DNA from: Ostrea edulis
Taxonomy: Eukaryota
Direction of reading: 5' to 3'
DNA length: 64,000 nucleotides
NCBI RefSeq assembly: GCF_947568905.1
Contig: NC_079172.1
Span: 35,712,001-35,776,000 of the forward strand
Shown: piece after piece, positions 37,501 to 50,700 of the stretch
Position numbering within the stretch: the first letter of the stretch is position 1
How the letters are laid out: each line of letters begins with the position of its first letter
Translations under genes and position numbers: made by a program
Notes under the pieces: model-generated
Told to the model about the DNA's origin: nothing
What the model saw: only the letters and a program-made list of their open reading frames with translations
The model's database searches: none

Positions 37501-38322
37501 GTGCCTAGGAATAGTAAACATAGTCCACTGGATATACCAGAGGTGGGATCAGGTGCCTAGGAAGAGTAAACATGGACCACTGGATGTACCAGAAGTTGGA
37601 ACAGGTGCCTAAGAAGAGTAAACATGGTCCACTGGATATACCAGAAGTGGGATCAGGTGCCTAGGAAGAGTAAACATCCTCTGTAATAATTCCTTTTTAA
37701 ATCAGCGAAGCAAGGTTCTAAAGGTAACACTTATGTAAAAGCAAAAATGACAAAATCAGCTAACGAATACAGACAATCTATTATCTCTATTCATTTGCTG
37801 ATTTTGTCATATAGTACTGTGGTGATGACATACCTATAGTATTGTGGTAATGTCCTACCAATAGTACTGTGGTCTGATGACGTACCTATAGTAATGTGGT
37901 AATGTCCTTCCTATAGTACCGTGGTCTGATGACCTACTGTGGTACTATAGTACTGTGGTAATGACCTACCTATAGTACCGTGGTCTGATGACCTACTGTG
38001 GTACTATAGTACTGTGGTAATGACCTACCTATAGTACTGTGGTCTGATGACCTACCTATAGTACTGTGGTCTGATGACCTACCTATAGTACTGTGGTCTG
38101 ATGTCCTTGTCGGCCACAGCTACAGTAAATGTGTTGAAGTCCGTCAGCTCCTGCTTCAGATTCTGCAGATTCCCACCTGCACTCTGTAACAACTGATTAA
38201 AGTCTCGTCGTTGTAGAATGGAAGTTTTTGTTCTGAAGGATGAATAAATCATACAATTACAGTTTATTCTGAAAAGAATTCCAGTGCAGAGTCGGCAGTC
38301 ACACACTGGGACTCAAACTCAT

Positions 38323-38366
<44 letters not shown>

Positions 38367-41300
38367 CAGTCAAACTTGTGTTAGCGGCCACTTGAAATCA
38401 GCAGTCAAAAAAGCCTAAAAGGTGGCAACATATACACTTTCTTGATTGTTAATCTAAATTAGAAAAAGTTTTTCTACTTTAAACACATAATAGTGCGAGT
38501 ATAGAGCCACCTTAATACACTGGAGTAACCTAATAGGCGTTAATGGTTAAAGGGACTGGTTCACGATTTTTGATAAAAATATTTTTCATTTTTTGATGTT
38601 AAACATTAGAAATATAACTCATTTAATGTTGACAGCCAAAATTTTGACCTTCTGAATGCATGAATGAAAGCAATATTTTAGCCTTAAATATGTGTTATGT
38701 AAACAAAGACTCGAGTCTTTTTATGTAAACAAACAAACAAGTGAAATATTGATTTTGTAATATAATGCATCTTAATTTTGCATAGTCACAAATTTTAACT
38801 TTTAGATGACACATTTCACCCAAAAAATGCTTGAAAAATGAAAGATATAATAATGCTTAGATCGATATCCATTTCTTTTGAAAATTCCGTAAACAATAAC
38901 ATATTGCAATCTTTGTTTACAAAACAAATAATAAACTCTCTAAAATGAGCTTCTGTGATGATGTATAACCTTAATTTTTATGTGAACTCTTTCAAACACA
39001 TTATACAGTAGATTTTGATCATTAAAAGTGAAAAACAAAATTTAAGGTAAAATCGTGAATCAGTCCCTTTAAAAGAACAAAAAATATATATTTGAAAATT
39101 TATTTATGGCGTATTTCAGTTTAGAAAACCTGTGAGAATGTGTTAATGTCCTACCTGATCTACATGTATAAAAGTGTACATAAAACAGAACATACCTGGA
39201 ATCAACTTTAATGCCTTCATGGACGGGGATCTTTTGACCCACAGAGGCGATTAATCGGTCCATTTCTATCTTGGCCTGTGTAAAAAATAACAAGAGGTAC
39301 ATGCATTTTGTTTCCTCTCACATCAGACATGGCTCAGTAATGGAATCACAAAGACTGGTGACTCTCTCACATCAAACACTGCTCAGTAATGGAATCACAA
39401 AGACTGGTGACTCTCTCACATCAGACACGGCTCAGTAATGGAATCACAAAGACTGGTGACTCTCTCACATCAGACACTGCTCAGTAATGGAATCACAAAG
39501 ACTGGTGACTCTCTCACATCAGACACGCCTCAGTAATGGAATCACAAAGACTGGTGACTCTCTCACATCAGACACTGCTCAGTAATGGAATCACAAAGAC
39601 TGGTGACTCTCTCACATCAAACACTGCTCAGTAATGGAATCACAAAGACTGGTGACTCTCTCACATCAGACACGCCTCAGTAATGGAATCACAAAGACTG
39701 GTGACTCTCTCACATCAGACACGCCTCAGTAATGGAATCACAAAGACTGGTGACTCTCTCACATCAGACACGCCTCAGTAATGGAATCACAAAGACTGGT
39801 GACTCTCTCACATCAAACACTGCTCAGTAATGGAATCACAAAGACTGGTGACTCTCTCACATCAGACACGCTCAGTAATGGAATCACAAAGACTGGTGAC
39901 TCTCTCACATCAGACACGCCTCAGTAATGGAATCACAAAGACTGGTGACTCTCTCACATCAGACACGCCTCAGTAATGGAATCACAAAGACTGGTGACTC
40001 TCTCACATCAGACACGCCTCAGTAATGGAATCACAAAGACTGGTGACTCTCTCACATCAAACACTGCTCAGTAATGGAATCACAAAGACTGGTGACTCTC
40101 TCACATCAGACACGCCTCAGTAATGGAATCACAAAGACTGGTGACTCTCTCACATCAAACACTGCTCAGTAATGGAATCACAAAGACTGGTGACTCTCTC
40201 ACATCAGACACGCCTCAGTAATGGAATCACAAAGACTGGTGACTCTCTCACATCAAACACTGCTCAGTAATGGAATCACAAAGACTGGTGACTCTCTCAC
40301 ATCAAACACTGCTCAGTAATGGAATCACAAAGACTGGTGACTCTCTCACATCAGACACGCCTCAGTAATGGAATCACAAAGACTGGTGACTCTCTCACAT
40401 CAGACACGCCTCAGTAATGGAATCACAAAGACTGGTGACTCTCTCACATCAGACACGCCTCAGTAATGGAATCACAAAGACTGGTGACTCTCTCACATCA
40501 AACACTGCTCAGTAATGGAATCACAAAGACTGGTGACTCTCTCACATCAGACACGCCTCAGTAATGGAATCACAAAGACTGGTGACTCTCTCACATCAAA
40601 CACTGCTCAGTAATGGAATCACAAAGACTGGTGACTCTCTCACATCAGACACGCCTCAGTAATGGAATCACAAAGACTGGTGACTCTCTCACATCAAACA
40701 CTGCTCAGTAATGGAATCACAAAGACTGGTGACTCTCTCACATCAGACACGCCTCAGTAATGGAATCACAGAGACTGGTGACTCTCTCACATCAAACACT
40801 GCTCAGTAATGGAATCACAAAGACTGGTGACTCTCTCACATCAGACACGGCTCAGTAATGGAATCACAAAGACAGGTGACTCTCTCACATCAGACACGCC
40901 TCAGTAATGGAATCACAAAGACTGGTGACTCTCTCACATCAGACACGGCTCAGTAATGGAATCACAAAGACTGGTGACTCTCTCACATCAGACACGCCTC
41001 AGTAATGGAATCACAAAGACTGGTGACTCTCTCACATCAGACACGGCTCAGTAATGGAATCACAAAGACTGGTGACTCTCTCACATCTCTAAAGCATATT
41101 ATCTAAAATTTACATGTTCAGGCTTCCATTTCTTAAAAAAACTTAGGTAATCAAAACTTGGGACTGGAGTCTGGCATTTTAACAAAAATTGTGACTGCTC
41201 AAAATAAAAGAAAATTCAAACTTAAATTTTGAGTTTCCTCAACTAAGAAATGACACTGTAACTCGGACTGACCTGATTTCTGAGTTTCTTCAGGTAAGTG

Positions 41301-44300
41301 ACTTAACTTTTAACTTGAACTGACCTGATTTTTGAGTTTCTTCAGGTAAGTAATGACACTGTAACTCAGACTGTTGTCCATGTTCTCAGGCACCAGATTA
41401 GGGGCTCCCATCCGTGCTAGGGCTCTCTTTAGTGGCTGTAAATAAACAAAACTATTTTTAAATCTGGGGTGTTCAGGTACTGTAAGTACTTACAACCTTT
41501 AAACACAAGGTTATTTTCTCTTAGTTCATATTACAAAACTCTTAAAAACGGTTGTCAGAAGACAACATAGCTGCAATAATGTAGCCCTCTCTGATTTTGG
41601 GGGTGGGGGGGGGGGCTACATCTCCTTAGGATCTCCGTAATGGTGCAAATGCTGTAGTGATTGACTCCCGCAACATTTTCAATCATTCTAAACATTTGCT
41701 GACTTTCTTTACGTAAATAAAATGATAATCTATGTTTCTTAGTCAATATATAAATTTACAACCTTCAACTTACGATTTGTGAGGCTCCATTCTACTGTTT
41801 TCAACAATTTCAATATATTCCAATTTCTCGATTCATATTTGTGTGCCATGTTTGATGTACTGAAGTTTCAACTTTTGATTGTCAAGTTATTTGCATATGC
41901 CATTTAAGGTAGTATTTACATCAATGGACAAGTACGGAGGAGAAAGATATTTCATCAGTATTAAAAAAGGTTTAGATTTAATATCAAGTTAAAAAACTAA
42001 CAGCAGAGTTTAAATTCTTTCTGCAACCATATGGTTTTCCTTTCTTTGTCAGAGTGGCTCGAGTAACTACATTTTCGCGCAGATTGTCAAAGTTTAAGTT
42101 TTTCGTAGATCCACCTACGAGATCTCACGATAACAAGCATGGCGAAGCAGACGAAGAATTCTGCATGCTGTACATGCTGTTTAATGAAAAACACCTTTAT
42201 TAGACATGCCCAAGCACAAAGTTGGTACTCCTTTTGGTGTAAACAACATTTGGGACTACCTGTAATATACGGAGCTTATCATTGGTTATTCATAAAATAA
42301 TTTTGCACCATTACGGAGATCCTATGGAATTGTAGCCCTATCCCAAATGTCAGAATTAAAAAAAAAATTGTATAGTGCTACATTATTGCAGCTAAAGACA
42401 ACATAGCTAGCTGGGAAGCATGACTCTACTGAACCTATCACCTTTGATTCAAAAGGTAACTTTTTGAAAAGTAAGTCAAAGGCCAAGGTCAATAGTCTTG
42501 GTACTAAAGGAAATATATCATCCTGAGGCATTTATTTGTGAGATATCAAAACCCTATTCCCCTTTGTTCCAAAAATATACATGTAATCAAGGTTAAAGTT
42601 TTAGAAAAGTAGGCCAAAGTCCAAAGTAAAGGTCATTAGGTCATAAGATTTGGTACCAAATGAAATGCCAGGTCATGACAAATCTACATGTGAAATATCA
42701 AAGCCCTACCCCCCTTAGTTTAAAATATAGATAAGAATAAAGTTTCTTTCTTTGAAGTGTGGCGCTGACGTCACAGTCATGACAATAGCTCTGTGGACAT
42801 TTGTCCGGGTGAGTTAAAAATCCCCTCAAAAGATTTCTGCAAGCACAATCCATTTTAAGAGCAAGTTAAACCCAATATTTACGACTCAGTATATGCATTA
42901 AGAGGGTTTGTCATGTGATAAGAAATTTAAGTATTTACCCTGGCACAGTTTCACATGATAGTAGAGTGGGTTTGTCATGTGATAAGAAATTTAAAGTGTT
43001 TACCCCAGCATAGTAAGATGGCATCGTTTTCAAGTAAGCATCAAACTGGCCACGCCATTTCTGTGTTGGTTTGAACTTGTGAACTTTGAATAATTCATCT
43101 GAAAGGCAAGACCAAAACAATGTACAGAATTGTGAACAATTGTCAAGTGAGAAGGAAATAAAGTGTTGTTATATAACTGCTTATATTGTCAGCAGGCTGG
43201 ACAGAGATCTGAAAATTGAACATATTAAACTATAAACTGTTATCGAACACCTTACATACTCTTTCTGGAGATTTGTATTAACACACATTCTCGTGATTAT
43301 GATAAAACAACATGCACTTGCACAATGAGGCAAATACAGTTACATGTATTATACCTCCACTGTGTAATTTCTTTCTTATAATATCAATTTCGCATTTAAA
43401 TTCACTCATATTTAACCATTTAAGTGGTGTTCATTGTTTACATGGAAATCTAATCAGTTTCTAATGTAACCATGTCTTTTGGAGGGAAAATGCCTCACTT
43501 GTGTGTGGACTGAGGAAGAGGCTGTTGCCATCCACTGTCCAATCAGAAGATGGCTTTAAGGTGCCATGGCAACCAGCTGGAATCCCATCGGACAGAGGGG
43601 AAGCTGCCTCGACAGGCTGAATTAAGAAGACAAAATCTGACATTGATTAGTCTTCAAAATGTGCAAAGCTCATATCACTCTCATGTACAAATCAATAATT
43701 AAACAAGGTGGTTCATGAATGGTGCAAGTTGCCCACATCAATTTTCCAAAAAATTAAGAAGTTACCGGTGATATACAGTTCCTTTACGATGAGAAACAGG
43801 AAGTTGACATGAGTCATATTGGTGATATATAGTTCCTTTATGATAAGAAACAGGAAGTTGACATGAATCATACTGGTGATATATAGTTCCTTTACCTGTA
43901 CTCAAACATGATTCACATCCTACATCTATGAGCTACATGCATCACAAATGACATAATCTGTGTCATCCTTCCAAAATTCTTGAAAATGGATAAAGTGTGT
44001 TAATTCCTAGTCTTTTGATCAATTTTTCAAACATGCCTAAAACTTTGATTCAATTTTTTAAAAAGATTGGTAAAAAGAGCATTAATAGGTAATTAGCAAT
44101 CAATAAAATGTTTTGAATCATTGACTGGGGCGATATAAATACCTGCTGTTAAACATCCACTTATAGGCTTGTTCTTAATAAAATCACAAAGTGTACTAAG
44201 TTGATTGCCTTGTACTACCATATATTAACTAATAGATATAAGTTTGGAATAAATAAAAATAATCAAAAGTCAACTCCTGACAGTTCTGCATAAAATATAA

Positions 44301-47300
44301 TAAAACTTGACCATCATAAAATCGGATATCAACAGTGCCGGATTATACCATTCATGATCCTGCCTCTTTCATTACGTAAACAAGTCATTGTTTTCAGATT
44401 TGACTTAATATGACACAAGAAGAAACTGAAATGAACCACCTAAATGACATATGTCTGCTTGCATTCATTGGGCATGGCCATTCTTTCATATTTCCTACCA
44501 GACCATTTCACTCTGCAAAGTTGCAAGTTCCCGATTGCTATTCATTTTTACCAATAAAAAAATATACACTGTATAATGGTCTAATTGCTTATAAATTTTC
44601 AATGAAACCTTTGACATGAAAGTGAACACTTTTATTTGAAAAAGAAATATGTTTCATTACAAAAAATAAACTGCCTAGTTTTTTTGTAAAATGGGGGATG
44701 TGAAGACCGTGGAGGTATGGGGTATTAATTCATGTGCTACAGACTCTGCCAATTTTACACTACTCCAGGCTTCCATTGCTTCATTTAAGAAATAAATTCC
44801 TATTTTGAAAGTACATGAGGGTATGAACTGCAGTGCTTCACACCAGCATACTTCATCCAGCACAAAGTATGCTGGTGTGAAGTCTTGCAGTTCATACCCT
44901 CATGTTTATGAAAAATGAAATTTTAATTTTCATATGAACATTCTACTTTCATTTCAGTCAGAATTTCTAGCTGTTAAGGAGGTACTCTACATCGTCATAA
45001 TGGCTGACTTCCTTTTAAAACATGGATGAAAATATAAATATCAGCAATATTTGACTATTCTTTTCAAAATTCATCACCTAGCTGAATAGCTCATCACGTC
45101 AACTTCTGAACTAAAGAGAGCAGGTTCGATTCCAGCAAGGGTTTTTAATTTTTTTTCAGATTGCTTTCTACTAAAACTGCATTTTTTGACTAAACAAAGT
45201 AAATTTGAGTTTTCAATTTTAAAATATTGTTGTAAATATCCTCCACTTTTCATCCATATCAAATTTCTCTGGTGTAGCATACCTCCTTAAAATAGATGTA
45301 ATATAATCATCAAGATTTATACGTGCATTGTTCACAACTGCAGTTTATTAATGAGAAAATAGATTTATTACAATTTGTAAAAATATAGAAGACAAAACAT
45401 TGGAAATGTAAGTATATCCCTAAAACACACACAAATAAAATACTAATTTCTTAAATACATACTTAAATATGTTTATACTTTGTTTAATAAGAACAGTGCA
45501 GACAAAAAATATTGTTTCTATATAAATTCATATTTTGAAATTAATTTCATTGTTTACTTTCAACAATGACCGGAATAACAATCCCTCATTCAACACGGAC
45601 TGAAATAGCAAGCCTTCATTCAACACAGACTGAAATAGCAAGCCTTCATTCAACATGGACTGAAATAGCAAGCCTTCATTCAACACGGACTGAAATAGCA
45701 AACTTCACCTTCAATCTGTATATAATTTGTCAGGAATAAGATATGGAGAGCACCTTCGTTCTGTATATAATTTGTCAGGAATATGATATGGAGGGCTAGC
45801 ATCACTGCTTTTCTGGTCTTCAGCCATCATTAATACACACAGTGCACTATTTGACACTTACCTAGCAATGGAAGCAGGACGGGGTAGTTGTAAGGCATGA
45901 GGAAAAGATTGACACAGCTTAATGTGCTGCTAGCCTTCAAGTATCCAAAGGGGTGTCCCACATCACTATATTTAGCACTGCCGTTTATAAACACCTGCCA
46001 ACACGAGTTGGGCTGCCTCCTCTCTAGGATGTACTGAGTAAGGGGGGAGGGCTCCAGCTCGTACTTGTCAAAGGGGAGGTTTCCAATCACCATAGGCTCG
46101 CATGGAGTGCAATAAAACTTGACCACCGGGTGAGCTGAACGAGGAGGCTACAGAGATAAAATAAATTAATACAAATAAACTATAGCTGACTAGTGTAATG
46201 ACTAGAATTCCTTATAACTGATGCCGATAAAATAAATTAATACAAATAAACTATAGCTGACCAGTGACTAAAATTCCTTATATAACCGAAACTGATAAAA
46301 TAAATTATTACAAACAAGCATTCTGAGAGTATTGCATGGCAATACATAGTCCCCTACCAGTTGCAAAAATCACTGTACCACAACAATATTCAAAGTTCAT
46401 TATGTAGGTTATGGTAAAAGGGAAAATTGGGGAACCAGGATACGAATGATTGGAAATCAACTACTATTCGAGTAGAGACTAGACCAAGAAAAAAGACAAA
46501 TTTATAATTAGGTTTAGGTCTTTAACCAAGTCAATAAACTGTGTCATGTAGATAATCATGAATAATTATCTATATTGTAGTATTACTATGCTAGAAGTTT
46601 TAATGAGGGTAGTATTCTTAATTCTTATCTACAGAGATAAACTTGGATGTAAACTAACAATTCATGCTATTTTTCTACGTCCAAGGGCCATAACTTAATG
46701 GAAAATCAACAGACCAAGATGAAATTCAAACTTGATCTGTAACTTGTTATGGCAAAGCAATGTACCACATCAAATGAATATCTGCAAGCACAACCAAAAA
46801 AAGTCTGGAAAACTGATTATTCATGCTATTTTTCTAAATCCAAGGGCCAGAACTAAGTGAAAAATCAATGGACCGAGACAAAATTCGAACTTGATCTGTA
46901 ACTTGTTATGGCAAAGCCACATACCAACTATAAAATAAATATCTGCAAGAACAGAGAAAAAAAGTGTGGAAAACTGGACTGACGGACAGACCGCAAACCT
47001 AAATCCCCTTGACTTCGTCGGTAGGGGACTAATAAACTATAGCTGACTAGTGCAGAAACTAGAATTCCTTATATAACTGATGCCGATAAAATAAATTAAT
47101 ACAAATAAACTATAGCTGACTAGTGACTAGAATTCCTTATATAACTGATACCAATAAACAGCTACATTCCCAATGCCAAACACTGTTGATCCCCCCCCCC
47201 CCCCCCCCCCCCCTCCAATTTTGAGGCTAAAAAACTTCCAATCACAGTATGAGTTAAAGGTATGCTATGTATAACGAAATGAGATTGGACAGTTTTGAAA

Positions 47301-47544
47301 GAAAATGCTTCTTGTCAAATGAAAAGAAAGCAGAAGTAAGCAAGCTCACATACCCCAATCTCCCAACATTGCTTGACAATGTCTCACATCATGAATGATA
47401 ATGCATAAATGGTGATGCTATGCATTACTACAAGAACAGGACAGACTGGCTCGAAATTCTAAGTTCCATAGGGGCAAAACTCCCAGAAATATTATTGAAT
47501 CAGAATTTCCTGGGAACATGCCCATCTACACAGTATGTCTTTAT

Positions 47545-47576
<32 letters not shown>

Positions 47577-47717
47577 AGTCCCAGAGGAATTGCGCTGACA
47601 AGAACAGGACAGATGGGCTTGAAATTCCAAGATTAAAAGGGGGTATAACTCCCAAAAAATTATTGAGTTACTTTTAGAATTTCCTTGGAATATGCACATC
47701 TACAGTGCGTGTTTAAG

Positions 47718-47751
<34 letters not shown>

Positions 47752-50700
47752 CTCAGAGGAGTTGCGCTGACAAAAAAGGGACTGACGGATGGGTAAAACA
47801 CAAAAATTAACACTCTCCGCAAAATATAATAACGATTAAAATCAAATTCACATGACTGGTTGGTAAATGATTAGAAGCTGATCTTTCGCACTTGAGTTTA
47901 TGCTATTTTTCCCAATTAAATTGAATGGGTATACGGTAGGAAAAAAACAACAGCCAAAAACAACCGCTATATATATGTAAATATTTCAGCTTACTAGTGT
48001 GGAGTTGGTGCTGTCTGGCCAGAAAGCCTCAGGGATAGGCCAGTGCCCGACAGAGTATCCTTTCTGAGCTGAGCGTGGGACGTAAATGAGGCGGCGACAG
48101 TTATGCCAGCTGTTGCTGGGGAGGATCTGACCCGTCAGTCCTACCATTGGAGAGTGCGCCTTCTTCTCCTCCTCCACCTCCATCTTGATTGGCATGTTAA
48201 TGTCCTGGTTCTCTACAAAACCATAAAAATTTAAATGACATTTGTTGATATGAAAGAAAATTCCCAATGTTCTATTTTGACACGATTTTTCCATCTGAAT
48301 GGGTATGGGTACCATTTCTATGTAGCAGGGGAAAATAAGCTGCATAAGTAGATGAAGAAGAAATTTAGTCACACAGATTTTATGGATATAACGAATTAGA
48401 GGTAATTTGTTACAAATATGAAATGAATTGAGATTTGCCAGGACTTTTCCTTCAACACATCCAACAACTGAACAATAACACCTCTACCCACCTTTACTAT
48501 TTCCATTGCTGTCTAGTCCGTTCTCAATCTTAATCTCAATGGGGGGTGGATCCGGCCCAATCTTCTCAAAGTTGATCACCACCCCTCCTTGAACTTTCTG
48601 TACTAGACTCTCCAATGCCCCATTCAGCATCTTTTGGGTGTGGACAGCATAGGAACGACCTGTGACATACATACACAGATGCACATTCAAATCGTTGCAT
48701 AATGTGGAAATTTTTTATTTTACAGTGTAGTAAATAAAGCGAGTCAAAAAGACAGCCGATTTTACCTTAGTGTTGTAAATACAGCGAGTCATAAAGACAG
48801 CTGATTTTACTTTACAGTGTTGTAAATACAGCGAGTCATAAAGACTGCCTTTGAGGAGAGCAGAAAGTCCACATTTTATCACCTCATATGGAATAGTTCT
48901 AAAACTTTAATTCAGCTCCATGATAAACGGGTTCCCTGCTGTGCTGTTATTACATCAGTCAACACGAAACCAATTTAGCTCTGTGATACCTGTACTCAAT
49001 ATATTCCCTGATCTTCATTTTGACTCCATCATGATCATTGTGTATATGTGATGTGCTGGCGGTTCTAACCTCTGACAATTTACCGTCATTTCTTACTTTG
49101 TGCTATTTACTTACCTAAGCAGCACAATATCAATCCTCTACATCACGTACCTCCTGTGACATCACACATGGCATCCAGTGGATGATTCTCCGCAGATGGA
49201 ATGTATGTATTGGTTGTCATGTCAACAGGAATGTTTCCTGGCAACCTCAGCACCAGTCCGAATATCCTCTGATCCCATCTGAACGGTTCCTTGGTTAGCT
49301 CTGATCCGGGGACTACTGAGTTCATGGGCAAATTGATCTACAAAACATGGGGACAATCGTCAAAACTTACAACAGTGGACCTAAAAAAAAAAAACAACTT
49401 TGCATTGAAACTTGAACATATTACTGCAATCAAGTCAAAGTTATAGAATAACAAAACGCTTTTGACAGACTCATCTTTGTATGGAAACTTCTTGTTTGAA
49501 TTAGGAATAAGGGGGTTATACAGACTGAAACTGATTTTATAAAAACATTTTTAAAGCTGTTTTAGATAAATTCAAATTTATTTGTATTTCCTTTCCACTG
49601 CTTCTGAAAGCTAAAACAGATGCAAAGTGTTAAAATTGAATATATACGTTGAAATGCAGCAAATTTTCCAAGTTCCACGTGTTGCCTGTCATTAACTTGA
49701 AATTTTACCTAATTATGGAGGCCCCATCTCTCACGCTTATGACAATGTAAAGTGTTACAGATGGACACATGTAAGACACGTGCATCCATACATCACACAT
49801 TGCTTTGCGGGAGACGGAAATTAAGAATGTCTCTGAAGGCTGAAAGAGTTATCAGAAAACAACAGCTATCACATAGTGTCTTAAAATGTGTGACAGCGAT
49901 AGCGCAGGTGTCAGATGAATATGACAAGACTCCCAAATGACATTTGCGTAATTCCAAATCTGATCACATATTTCATGAACTGCATCCTAGCAGTTTTTAG
50001 AAGATTTTCAAAGTTTTTCCCCCTATTTATTCCTATGCAAAACTCTGAACCCATATTGTAACCCCCAGGATCATACATTAAAGCAATACAAGCTGTCACT
50101 GACAGCATTTTTTTCAATTATCCAATTATGAATCAATTAACTCCTATTGGTATAACTGATATAATCCCCAAGATCTGAAGAAAAATTCAACAAAATAAAC
50201 AAGGGATATTGTTTGAGAGCATACCTACAATGAGCGTTTCGTATAAACCGCCATTGTGTCATATATACAGGTACAATGTATACAGGAACGATGATTGCCG
50301 AACATAATCGGGTTGCTGAGACCGACGTCATATACAAAGATGGAAACTGACGTGAGTGACTACACGTTTTGTTTGTTTAAAATATTACATCGTTTCATGA
50401 ATGACAAGAAGTACTATAAGTGTAAGAAAGCAATAATTACGCAAATGTGCAACCGAAATGAAATTTTGACAGTGAATTTTCTATAAAATTGGCATATAAA
50501 ATTGGCATGTAAAATTGTTTAGAAATCCGATACGTGCTCAGTGCCTCTCTTTCGCTTTTTTCCGAACTGGTGACCTCCGAGGTCAATGCACATCGGAGAT
50601 TATGAGCAGGAATTACTGACAGGATGACAATGATTCATGAATCGACATTTTCTGCTGATTTGACGGGTTTATTGCTTCGGATTCACTCTGTTTCTATGAA

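Noticed and set aside
37870-38105. Repeated CTGATGA suggesting hammerheads or C-box motifs
   Set aside because: There is no GAAA core or stem II; the motif comes from the duplicated INTS6 exon end.
39318-41087. Regular array resembling CRISPR
   Set aside because: There are no unique spacers, the context is a eukaryotic intron, and no cas genes are present.
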